64,000 nt of DNA from Rebecca billardiae RCC1528 (taxonomy: Eukaryota; Protista; Haptophyta), in NCBI GenBank assembly GCA_965240325.2, contig OZ251229.1, positions 558,001 to 622,000 on the forward strand. Direction: 5' to 3'. Below are positions 32,275 through 45,736 of this stretch, in pieces. Within the stretch, counting starts at the first letter, position 1. Each line of letters opens with the position of its first letter. The notes beneath the pieces were generated by a model. The model saw nothing but the letters and a program-made list of their open reading frames with translations, searched no databases and was not told the DNA's origin. Position numbers and translations under genes: made by a program.

Positions 32275-35200
32275 CGAGGCTCCGCCAGCGGAGCTCAGTT
32301 CGAGTCGAATAGATCAGCGAGCTCGGCCAGCGGAGTTTGAGTGTCAATATGGATATGATTGGTATGATTACGTTTATTAACGATTCGCATTACTCCAATA
32401 TGACATACGGCGCCACCAAAGCTCCGCCAGGGGAGCTCAGTTCAAGTCAAGTGGGTCATTAATAATGACATTCGGCGCAGTCGAGGCTCCGCCAGCGGAG
32501 CTTAGTTCAAGTCCAATAGATCGATATTCGATCTGCGAGCTCCGCCAGCGGAGGTTACGTGTCAATATGGATGATGATTACGGTTAACGGCTTCGCATTA
32601 CTCCATCAATATGATATACTGCGCCACCAAAGCTCCGCCAGCGGAGCTCAGTTCAAGTCAAGTGGGTCATATCAATAATGACACTCGGCGCAGTCGAGGC
32701 TCCGCCAGCGGAGCTCAGTTCAAGTCCAATAGGTCTGCGAGCTCCGCCAGCGGAGGTTACGTGTCAATGTGGATGATGATTACGGTTAACGGCTTCGCAT
32801 TACTCCAATATGGCATACGGCGCCACCAAAGCTCCGCCAGCGGAGCTCAGCTCAAGTCAAGTGGGTCATCAATAATGACACTCGGCGCAGTCGAGGCTCC
32901 GCCAGCGGAGCTCAGTTCAAGTCAAATAGGTCTGCGAGCTCCGCCAGCGGAGGTTACGTGTGAATATGGATGATGATTACGGTTAACGGCTTCGCATTAC
33001 TCCAATATGGCATACGGCGCCACCAAAGCTCCGCCAGCGGAGCTCAGTTCAAGTCAAGTGGGTCATCAATAATGACACTCGGCGCAGTCGAGGCTCCGCC
33101 AGCGGAGCTCAGTTCAAGTCAAATAGGTCTGCGAGCTCCGCCAGCGGAGGTTACGTGTGAATATGGATGATGATTACGGTTAACGGCTTCGCATTACTCC
33201 AATATGGCATACGGCGCCACCAAAGCTCCGCCAGCGGAGCTCAGCTCAAGTCAAGTGGGTCATCAATAATGACACTCGGCGCAGTCGAGGCTCCGCCAGC
33301 GGAGCTCAGTTCAAGTCAAATAGGTCTGCGAGCTCCGCCAGCGGAGGTTACGTGTGAATATGGATGATGATTACGGTTAACGCGGCTTCGCATTACTCCA
33401 ATATGACATACGGCGCCACCAAAGCTCCGCCAGCGGAGCTCAGTTCAAGTCAAGTGGGTCATCAACGATAACATTCGGCGCAGCCGAGGCGCCGCCAGCG
33501 GAGCTCAGTTCACTAGTCAAGTGGGTCATCAATAATGACGTTCTGCGCAGTCGAGGCTCCGCCAGCGGAGCTCAGTTCAAGTCAAATAGGTCTGCGAGCT
33601 CCGCCAGCGGAGGTTGAGTGTGGATACTGTCATATGGATTCTGATGACGGTTGACTGCTACGCATCACTCCAATATGACATACGGCGTCACCAAAGCTCC
33701 GCCGGCGGAGCTCAGCTCAAGTCAAGTGGGTCGTCAACAATAACATTTGGCGCAGCCGAGGCTCCGCCAGTGGAGCTCTGCTATTCACTAGTCAAGTGGG
33801 TCATCAATAAGGACATTCGGCGCAGCCGAGGCTCCGCCAGCAGAGCTCAATTCAAGTCGAATAGGCCAGTGGGCTCCGCCAGCGGAGGTTAAGTGTGAAT
33901 TGTCGGGCTACCCGGACTCGCCGGATACCCGTGTGACACCGAACGCGAAGAGCTGCTCGAGGGCTGCTTAAGCGCGAGGTGAGTAATCACTACAAGCTGG
34001 TGATTACACCTTTCGTCAAGGATACGTTCATTTACCTTCCACTCCAATAGTCGCTCATTAACTACTCCCGTATGCGATGCTCTACCCGCTTACCGGGGCG
34101 ACGCAGATACATACGGAGATCGTGGCTTCCACAAGCCACGTTACCGGTGTTAAACCGATTGGGCGGGGCTGCTGCCTGGTCAGTCAGCTGCCGGCCAGGC
34201 CAGCCAGCCGCCAAGGCGAGGTTCGGGGCCGCATCCTCTGGTTGCCCCCCCCAGTCAGGCCAGGGCCCACTGCCGTAGGCCGAAGCCACACGCCTTCGTT
34301 TCGAGAGCCCTAATGTCTCAGATGAATATGGATGATGATTACGGTTAACGGCTTCGCATTACTCCAATATGACATACGGCGCCACCAAAGCTCCGCCAGC
34401 GGAGCTCAGTTCAAGTCAAGTGGGTCGTCAACAATAACATTCGGCGCAGCCGAGGCTCTGCCAGTCAGGAGCTCTATTCACTAGTCAAGTGGGTCATCAA
34501 TAATGACACTCGGCGCAGCCGAGGCTCTGCCAGCTGAGAGCTCAGTTCAAGTCAAATAGGCCAGTGGGCTCCGCCAGCGGAGGTTACGTGTGAATATGGA
34601 TGATGATTACGGTTAACGGCTTCGCATTACTCCAATATGACCTACGGCGCCACCAAAGCTCCGCCAGCGGAGCTCAGTTCAAGTCAAGTGGGTCGTCAAC
34701 AATAACATTCGGCGCAGCCGAGGCTCCGCCAGTGGAGCTCAGTTCACTAGTCAAGTGGGTCATTAATAATGACATTCGGCGCAGTCGAGGCTCCGCCAGC
34801 GGAGCTCAGTTCAAGTCCAATAGGTCTGCGAACTCCGCCAGCGGAGGTTGAGTGTGAATACTGTCATATGGATTCTGATGACGGTTGACGGCTACGCATC
34901 ACTCCAATATGACATACGGCGTCACCAAAGCTCCGCCGGCGGAGCTCAGTTCAAGTCAAGTGGGTCGTCAACAATAACATTCGGCGCAGCCGAGGCTCTG
35001 CCAGTGGAGCTCTATTCACCAGTCAAGTCGGTCATCAATAATGACACTCGGCGCAGCCGAGGCTCTGCCAGCAGAGCTCAGTTCAAGTCGAATAGGCCAG
35101 TGGGCTCCGCCAGCGGAGGTTAAGTGTGAATATGGATGATGATTACGGTTAACGGCTTCGCATTACTCCAATATGACATGCTCCGCCACCAAAGCTCCGC

Positions 35201-35375
35201 CAGCGGAGCTCAGCTCAAGTCAAGCCAGTCATCAATAATGACATTGGCCTAGCCGAGGCTCCACCAGCGGAGCATTCGTGGAACGCCCATGCTCCGCCAG
35301 CGGGGATTTTTCGTGGCCACAAAAATCTCCGCCGGCGGAGGGTCTGGGTCTCCCACGATGCTCCGCCAGCGGGGA
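32275..35375. repeat. Array of about 40 GCTCCGC-CA-GCGGAGC palindromes in 197-bp and ~260-bp higher-order units
   Basis: Direct read; 197-bp period (32970/33167); 3 or 4 palindromes per unit; spacers are themselves repeated. Confidence 0.95.
33901..34322. mobile_element. Solo-LTR-like insertion (422 bp) in the array
   Basis: Starts TGTC, ends TCAGA; 5-bp duplication TGAAT at 33896-33900 and 34323-34327; removal restores the unit gtgtgaatatgg. Confidence 0.75.
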
Positions 35376-35387
35376 TTTTTTGTAGTG
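35376..35387 (-). mobile_element. CACTA (En/Spm) terminal inverted repeat, right end
   Basis: TTTTTTGTAGTG reads CACTACAAAAAA on the minus strand, directly terminating the palindrome array. Confidence 0.75.
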
Positions 35388-35436
35388 ACTGCCCTGATGG
35401 AGACGCACAGTATTGTACTGTCAATCTCGCCTGCCT

Positions 35437-35484
35437 GAGCTGTGTGCGTCTCTGATTCTTTAGAATCAGAGACGCACACAGCTC
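35437..35484. repeat. Perfect 23-bp-arm palindrome within a cluster of GAGACGCACA motifs
   Basis: gagctgtgtgcgtctctgattct-TT-agaatcagagacgcacacagctc; further motif copies near 35400 and 35509. Confidence 0.9.
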
Positions 35485-35605
35485 GAGATTACAGTTTACT
35501 AAGAATAAGAGACGCACACAGCTTTTAAAATTCCCCTTTATAACGGGCTCCGGGTGATCAGACTGGCGGCCGAAGCCTCCAGCCCTACCCTGGCCAGCCC
35601 CCAAC

Positions 35606-36682
35606 CAAGGGTGGTCAGGGTCGCCGACTCCAGTGGCGTCCGGCGCCGGAGGTTCACCTCCGATTTTTTGCAGCGGCGCGGCGCGCGGGGCCGCCGCCGC
35701 TGTGGCGGGCCGCTCGGGGCGTGCACGGCGTGGGCTCGTGCGGCCGCTGCCGCGCACGCCGAGCGATCCGGCGCGGGCTCGCGGCTTGTCGATGGCCTCG
35801 CGCGCCGCAGCGCGACGCGCGCCTTGCCTAGCTTCGCCTGTCTCGCGCCTTGGCCGCCGTGCACGCGTGCGCCGCCAAACCGCAAGCTCGGCATACCTCT
35901 CAGCCGAGCGTGCACGTGCCTTGCGCGACGCGACGCGGGCATTGCCGCCAGGCGATGTAGGCGTAGTGCGAGCGCGCGCCGTGAAGCCTCGGCGCGGATC
36001 GAGAGTGTCTTCAACGTCTCGGTCAGCTGTCGACAACTGCTGACGCATCAACCACCAATGGACATCACGGTCCTCCGTTGAACGATGGGCTATCGCGACG
36101 CTGCGACTCGTGAAGACTAGGCGAGCGTTGTAGCCAAAACGATGAACGCCACTATGACGTGTGTGTGAGCCTTGCGTGACGATGCGACGTGACGATCGCC
36201 CCGGCAAGAGAGTCAGTCGTGCAGCTTTCAGCACTGCTCAACGAACAGACGGTCCACGCGCGTACGCGGCATCATTTCATTGTTCTCGATCCGCGCCGAG
36301 GCTTCACGGCGCGCGCTCGCACTACGCCTACATCGCCTGGCGGCAATGCCCGCGTCGCGTCGCGCAAGGCACGTGCACGCTCGGCTGAGAGGTATGCCGA
36401 GCTTGCGGTTTGGCGGCGCACGCGTGCACGGCGGCCAAGGCGCGAGACAGGCGAAGCTAGGCAAGGCGCGCGTCGCGCTGCGGCGCGCGAGGCCATCGAC
36501 AAGCCGCGAGCCCGCGCCGGATCGCTCGGCGTGCGCGGCAGCGGCCGCACGAGCCCACGCCGTGCACGCCCCGAGCGGCCCGCCACAGCGGCGGCGGCCC
36601 CGCGCGCCGCGCCGCTGCAAAAAATCGGAAGCGAAGCTCCGGCGCCGGCCTCCGCTGGAGTCGGCGACCCTGACCACCCTTG
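35606..36682. mobile_element. Fold-back / long-TIR element (399-bp arms, 279-bp spacer)
   Basis: 35606-36004 is the near-identical reverse complement of 36284-36682; no TSD recognised. Confidence 0.85.
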
Positions 36683-36766
36683 CTCACCCAACCTCAAACC
36701 ACTGACCGAGACACCAAGTGCCAGGCGAGATTGACGCCCAGCCCGCCCGGGCGGCCCGAGCCGGCG

Positions 36767-38041
36767 ATGGCGGCGCCGCTGCTGTGGCTGCTGCAGCTGT
36801 ATCTGCTCCTGCTTCCCACCCGAGCCGCTCCAGGCGCTCCCAGCGATGCATCTATCGTCTGGCAGACGTGCATCACCGCCATCACAGCGCGGCTGTACCG
36901 TGCTTTGCGCACCCACATCCCAGTGACGCCCGACGCACCCGGCCCAGTCGTGCTGATCGACCCGGCGACACACGGAAATATCGGGGACGTCATGCTGTCT
37001 GCGGCAGAGTTCGTGGCGCTCAAGCATCTTGGCTGGAGCGATGACCGCATACTCGTCTGCGCCGGGCCGCAGACCCAAAACTTCGGCGAGCCGTGCTTCT
37101 CGCCCGAGGGCGGTATTACACCCACCGAGCTCCTGAAGGATGTGCCTTTCGTCCTGTACCACGCAGGGGGAAACTGGGGCGACTTATACCTGCGCGTGCA
37201 CGGCATACGGCTCAAGCGGATGATGGCTCTCTTGCGTGCGGGCACGTCCGTGCTCTCGCTGCCGCAGAGCCATCACTACAGCAGAGACTCCTCTGCCGAG
37301 CGTGACAGCGCAGCACTCCACCAGGCATGGCAGGCGAACCTCACCCTCATGTGGCGGCAGGAAGACAGCTACCGATGGGCACAGAGGCAGATGCCCGCCT
37401 TACGGCACGTGGCCGTGCCGGATATAGCCTTCCTTCTCGCCCCGCTCGAGCCATCACGGCCCGCGCCACCGGAGCGCTCCAAGCACATCCTCTTCCTGCT
37501 GCGCAAAGACAGGGAGAGCACAGTGGGCGTGGGGCAAAGTGGGCACAGGTCATCGGTGACGTCGATGCGGGAGAGATTCATCGCCGAAGCCATTCGTCAG
37601 CTTCGTGCTGAGCGTGGGCTGCCGGAGAGCTGCTGCACCTTCGCCGTGGTGGACTGGCAGGACGCGTTTGAAAGCTACGCGCCAGCCCTCCACAAGCTCA
37701 TGAACCGCGCCCATTCGGCGCGAAGGAAAGGGAACCAATCATCCGGCGTGCTGTTCCCATACAAGTATGTGGTCACAGCCGGCGTAAATCTCCTATCGTC
37801 GGCCTCGGTGGTCGTGACGGACAGGTTGCACGCGAGCATCATGGCGTTGCTCATGCACAAGCATCATGTGATTCTGGACAACAACTATGGCAAGGTACAA
37901 AAGACCAGAGCCCTGGCCTTCAGCTCTGCGCGTGCGTGCAGCGACAGACGCAGCCTGCGCTATGCGGTGGCAAGCAACTTGACCGATGCGGTGGCGCAAG
38001 CGGTGGCTATAGTGACGGCCCTGATGAGTGGGGAGCACTGA
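36767..38041 (+). CDS. Polysaccharide pyruvyl transferase (EpsI/EpsO/Pvg1-like), with signal peptide
   Basis: HGNIGD, AGGNWGDLY, VLSLPQS, WRQEDSY, PDIAFLL, LFLLRKDRES, VVTDRLHASIMALL, ILDNNYGKV. Confidence 0.92.
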   Translation: MAAPLLWLLQLYLLLLPTRAAPGAPSDASIVWQTCITAITARLYRALRTHIPVTPDAPGPVVLIDPATHGNIGDVMLSAAEFVALKHLGWSDDRILVCAGPQTQNFGEPCFSPEGGITPTELLKDVPFVLYHAGGNWGDLYLRVHGIRLKRMMALLRAGTSVLSLPQSHHYSRDSSAERDSAALHQAWQANLTLMWRQEDSYRWAQRQMPALRHVAVPDIAFLLAPLEPSRPAPPERSKHILFLLRKDRESTVGVGQSGHRSSVTSMRERFIAEAIRQLRAERGLPESCCTFAVVDWQDAFESYAPALHKLMNRAHSARRKGNQSSGVLFPYKYVVTAGVNLLSSASVVVTDRLHASIMALLMHKHHVILDNNYGKVQKTRALAFSSARACSDRRSLRYAVASNLTDAVAQAVAIVTALMSGEH

Positions 38042-38741
38042 GCAGTGACGGCGCTCGTCCTGAGCAGAGCCGTCCGGCCGCAGCGTGTGACGCGCTGATA
38101 ATTGACGCTGAGACTGAGTCACTGATCGAGCGGTCCGATGCGGCGATTGCCGGGTCGTGTGGTGATAGACGACGAGGCGCTGAGCCTGAATAAATCGACG
38201 ATGACTACGATCTGATCGATCATCACATACGACTACTGTCGTATGTGCAGTGACTACTGATATGGGCTTCGTTCGGCTTCTGTCCCCCCCCCCCCCCGGT
38301 CAGTCCGGTCCGACTCGGGTCTGAGTCACAGTGGAGCAGAAGTTACATGGCTTGTACTGCGACGTACAAATATAGCTACTAACACTACAATAATCGTGAA
38401 TCGGCTGGCGGGATCGCCGCCTCTGATCGGCCGATCTACAATAGCCCCCGTAGACTCGGCCAGTACTCAGTAGACTCCACCCCACTCCCCAGCAGGCGGT
38501 CCCTTGGACGATATTATTAGCTACGGCCCTAGCTAAATGGATCACCACTCCATGCACACCTCCAATAGGTTCCGACTCTATTTTCCATAATTAAATACCC
38601 AGTCCGGGTACCATTTTCGCATATGTATACAGACGACACGTCAACACTCACACTGTGTCCGGAACATTCCCGGGCTGTGCTGAAATCTGAGTTTCAAGGG
38701 ACGGGTAATTACATGCATCATGCCGCGCGCGCCGAATCCTG

Positions 38742-41751
<3,010 letters not shown>

Positions 41752-41979
41752 CTGCTACTATTAACTATACAGATTAACTACAGTGTCAGACTGTACAGAC
41801 TAGCACGGAGCTTTCGAGAATAGAGCGCAGAAGTCCTACGGAGCTAGACTGAGTGTGTAGTCGTCAGTCTTGTAACCGCCGCCAGCTTGACGAGCGCAGC
41901 AGCAATTGACAGAATTGTCGTGCGAATGAACCAACCGGCCCCGCCGCGGGCCGCGCCATCGCGCCGATCGCGGCCATCG

Positions 41980-43437
41980 TCACTCTGGCGGCGCCTGACC
42001 ATCTTCGAGCGCACGTATCATGCCTCCGACATCATCGCCCATCAACTTGGACGTGTTCACCAGGACGGCGCACTCACGAAAATAGTTGGGCCGCTTGTCG
42101 ATCATGAGAGCGTCGCAGCCAAATGGTGTATGGTACACTCGACTGTACTCCACACCGTTCCACCCGCTCAGCCCCCGCTTGTCGTAGTGATCTGGATCTG
42201 GGCGCTTGCAGGGACGCATCTGCTTGCCACCAGCCCCCCGATCAGGCACGGCGTCACAGGTCACGCAGATCTCGACCACGCCACACCGAACCACGTCCGT
42301 CTGGAGGAACACCGTCCACGCCAGCCCCTGCCCGTGTGGGCCGACGAGGATGCGAGCCCCGAGCACCAGCCGCAGCTGCTCTGCGAGGGAGAGGTCCTCC
42401 ATGTACACGACTTGCACGGTGTACCCGTGCGGCAGCGTCGCCCCCTCGACGGCGCGTCGCACCTCGGCCGCGTTCACGACCATGCGGCCGACGGCCCGCT
42501 GGCGCCGTGCTGGAGGTGCGCTGCTGCCAGCATCGGCACTCATGGCCGACGGTGTGCTGATGCTGCCTCTTGCCTCGCTTGCGGGCGCAGACCCGACTGG
42601 TGCGCGCCGGAGGATGAGCAGGACACGCCGCTGCGGCACTGCTGGCAAGGGTGGCGCCGTCACCGGGGCTGCCCTGCTCATAGCGCTGATCACACGTGCG
42701 CGGAAGCTGGCCAAACGCGCCCTGCCATCCACCATGCCAGCACTGCGCAGCTGCGCAGAGTGCCCGCCCAAGAGCAGATCGTAGCACACACACCTCGGCT
42801 TTATGCTCTGCCGTAAGCTTACAGCAGGGGGTCCTGGCCCCAGTGACAGCATGAAGAGCTGCAGCCACGGCCATGTCGTCGCTTCGCCTGCCGGCCATGC
42901 CGTCTCAGAGACAGGGATCACGTCCACGACGCCTGGCAGCGAGGATCTGCCGCCGCCGACGCTGTCCCGTGCCGAGAGAGCGTGCGAGCCGTTGGCGCCG
43001 AGCGCGCGTACGAACCACTCGGACGCCGGCACAAAGTGGTGGAGCGCGTGCCACATGTTGGTGTAGCAGCTCGAGATAGCCATGAATGCCATCGAGCCGG
43101 GCGTCGCAGGCATGCAGTGCTTTTTGCGCCCACCCCAGCTCCCAGCCATCATCCTGCGAAAGCCAACTTTCATTGCTTCAGTGTAGTATTCAGGCAACCA
43201 CTTGATCCCGTGAACTGCGCTGCGATTATTCCCGAGGCTTTGCGTAGCGGGCAGCCCATTGACAGCCCGAGCGGCTATGGCTGGTCTCTTGCGCGGCATG
43301 ATTGCGACGCATGCATCCGGCAAGACCCACTCGCCCGGCAGCAGGCCATCGAGGAATGGTGGCGGCGCTGAGAGGACGGGAGCGCCGCGCGCATTCGTTC
43401 TTGCGAAGGTCACCAACGCCACGAGGATGGCGGCCAT
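41980..43437 (-). CDS. Glycosyltransferase family 61 (DUF563/EOGT-like), copy A
   Basis: Signal anchor; NMWHALHHFVP, VLLILRR, R.VVNAAEV, MEDLSLAEQLRLV, ILVGPHGQGLAWTVFL, VVEI. Confidence 0.88.
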   Translation of the reverse strand: MAAILVALVTFARTNARGAPVLSAPPPFLDGLLPGEWVLPDACVAIMPRKRPAIAARAVNGLPATQSLGNNRSAVHGIKWLPEYYTEAMKVGFRRMMAGSWGGRKKHCMPATPGSMAFMAISSCYTNMWHALHHFVPASEWFVRALGANGSHALSARDSVGGGRSSLPGVVDVIPVSETAWPAGEATTWPWLQLFMLSLGPGPPAVSLRQSIKPRCVCYDLLLGGHSAQLRSAGMVDGRARLASFRARVISAMSRAAPVTAPPLPAVPQRRVLLILRRAPVGSAPASEARGSISTPSAMSADAGSSAPPARRQRAVGRMVVNAAEVRRAVEGATLPHGYTVQVVYMEDLSLAEQLRLVLGARILVGPHGQGLAWTVFLQTDVVRCGVVEICVTCDAVPDRGAGGKQMRPCKRPDPDHYDKRGLSGWNGVEYSRVYHTPFGCDALMIDKRPNYFRECAVLVNTSKLMGDDVGGMIRALEDGQAPPE

Positions 43438-43699
43438 CAGCGTGTAGAAGCAATCTGAGGCGCGCACGCCGTCGATTAGTCAACAGCACGCGCGCGTGCA
43501 GTCGCCACAATGCCGGATCGCATGCTGCGGCTAAAATACAAGCAGTGGTGAAGTGGCGGCCAAGTGGGCCGTCCATCGGGCTGTGTCGCTTTCGAAGTCG
43601 ACTCTCAACACCTGACAGGCAAGCGGCAAGGAGGCGAGGTCGCTGCTGCGCAGAGGTGCGGCCGGCCCGGGCGGGTTGGCGGGCGGCGGGTGGGGGTGC

Positions 43700-45169
43700 A
43701 TGGCAGCGGTCCTTTTGGTGTCCGCACTTCTCGCGCCAAGAAAAGCTCACGGCGACACGGCCATCCTATCAGCGCCGCCACCGTTCCTCGACGGCCCCCT
43801 GCCCGGCGAGTGGGTCTTGCCTCACGCGTGTATTTCCACATCGCGCAGCACCAGACCGGCCATTGCTGTGCTGCCCGCGAGCGCGCATAGCATCGGGCCA
43901 TTGCACCTGTTGCACGATGATAGCGCAGTGACGTTCGTAAGCAATCTCCCTCGCTTGTACTCGGAGTCCGGGAGGAAAGGCGTGAGCAAGCTGCGCGCTA
44001 GGCGCTGGACTAGGGGCCATCCCAAAAAGCACTGCACGCCTGCGATGCCCGGCTCGATGGCATTCATGGCTATCTCGAGCTGCTACACCAACATGTGGCA
44101 CGCGCTCCACCACTTTGTGCCGGCGTCCGAGTGGTTCGTACGCGCGCTCGGCGCCAACGGCTCGCACGCTCTCTCGGCACGGGACAGCGTCGGCGGCGGC
44201 AGATCCTCGCTGCCAGGCGTCGTGGACGTGATCCCTGTCTCTGAGACGGCATGGCCGGCAGGCGAAGCGAAGACATGGCCGTGGCTGCAGCTCTTCATGC
44301 TGTCACTGGGGCCAGGACCCCCTGCTGTAAGCTTACAGCAGAGCATAAAGCCGAGGTGTGTGTGCTACGATCTGCTCGTGGGCGGGCACTCTGCGCAGCT
44401 GCGCGGTGCTGGCATGGTGGATGGCAGGGCGCGTTTGGCCAGCTTCCGCGCACGTGTGATCGGCGCTATGAGCAGGGCAGCCCCGGTGACGGCGCCACCC
44501 TTGCCAGCAGTGCCGCAGCGGCGTGTCCTGCTCATCCTCCGGCGCGCACCAGTCGGGTCTGCGCCCGCAAGCGAGGCAAGAGGCAGCATCAGCACACCGT
44601 CGGCCATGAGTGCCGATGCTGGCAGCAGCGCACCTCCAGCACGGCGCCAGCGGGCCGTCGGCCGCACGGTCGTGAACGCGGCCGAGGTGCGACGCGCCGT
44701 CGAGGGGGCGACGCTGCCGCACGGGTACACCGTGCAAGTCGTGTACATGGAGGACCTCTCCCTCACAGAGCAGCTGCGGCTGGTGCTCGGGGCTCGCATC
44801 CTCGTCGGCCCACACGGGCAGGGGCTGGCGTGGACGGTGTTCCTCCAGACGGACGTGGTTCGGTGTGGCGCGGTCGAGATCTGCGTGACCTGTGACGCCG
44901 TGCCTGATCTGGGGGCTGGTGGCAAGCAGATGCGTCCCTGCAAGCGCCCAGATCCAGATCACTACGACAAGCGCGGGCTGAGCGGGTGGAACGGTGTGGA
45001 GTACAGTCGAGTGTACCATACACCATTTGGCTGCGACGCTCTCATGATCGACAAGCGGCCCAACTATTTTCGTGAGTGCGCCGTCCTGGTGAACACGTCC
45101 AAGTTGATGGGCGATGATGTCGGAGGCATGATACGTGCGCTCGAAGATGGTCCGGCGCCGCCAGAGTGA
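43700..45169 (+). CDS. Glycosyltransferase family 61 (DUF563/EOGT-like), copy B
   Basis: Same motifs as copy A; near-identical over the C-terminal ~380 aa. Confidence 0.88.
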   Translation: MAAVLLVSALLAPRKAHGDTAILSAPPPFLDGPLPGEWVLPHACISTSRSTRPAIAVLPASAHSIGPLHLLHDDSAVTFVSNLPRLYSESGRKGVSKLRARRWTRGHPKKHCTPAMPGSMAFMAISSCYTNMWHALHHFVPASEWFVRALGANGSHALSARDSVGGGRSSLPGVVDVIPVSETAWPAGEAKTWPWLQLFMLSLGPGPPAVSLQQSIKPRCVCYDLLVGGHSAQLRGAGMVDGRARLASFRARVIGAMSRAAPVTAPPLPAVPQRRVLLILRRAPVGSAPASEARGSISTPSAMSADAGSSAPPARRQRAVGRTVVNAAEVRRAVEGATLPHGYTVQVVYMEDLSLTEQLRLVLGARILVGPHGQGLAWTVFLQTDVVRCGAVEICVTCDAVPDLGAGGKQMRPCKRPDPDHYDKRGLSGWNGVEYSRVYHTPFGCDALMIDKRPNYFRECAVLVNTSKLMGDDVGGMIRALEDGPAPPE

Positions 45170-45431
45170 CGATGGCCGCGATCGGCGGCGATGGCGCGGC
45201 CCGCGGGGCCGGTTGGTTCATTCGGACGATGACAATTGCTGCTGCTCGTCAAGCTGGCGGCGGTTACAAGACTGACGACTACACACTCAGTCTAGCTCCG
45301 TAGTCTCTGTCCTCTATAAAGTTGTGCTAGCATGCAGTCCACTGATGTGGCTAGTCCGTTAGATCGGGCCGACGATCCTTACTGAAAGCGGCGGCGGCGG
45401 CGGCGGTTATTATATTATTTCGATATCGATC

Positions 45432-45434
<3 letters not shown>

Positions 45435-45485
<51 letters not shown>
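45435..45485. repeat. (GA)n microsatellite
   Basis: Direct read. Confidence 0.95.
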
Positions 45486-45487
<2 letters not shown>

Positions 45488-45736
45488 ACTGGCACTAACT
45501 ACAGTAGTAACTCTAGCTACCGTAACTAGAGCCGTACAATCTACGACTCGGACTATGACATCGGAATCGTACATACGGATCGGATATTCGGCGCGGCGCG
45601 CGCGGCATGGACGACGGACGATTAGTTTGCAGCAGCAGTCGTCTGCTGCTCGCGCGGCTCTACTTCATCACGACGACATATGCCTGCTGCTGATCACGTG
45701 ACATGGCCGAGGCCGACGGTGTCAAGCCGTTAGCGC

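Noticed and set aside
32275-35375. CRISPR array
   Set aside because: Spacers recur in higher-order units rather than being unique, no cas genes are present, the context is eukaryotic, and the array ends in a CACTA TIR
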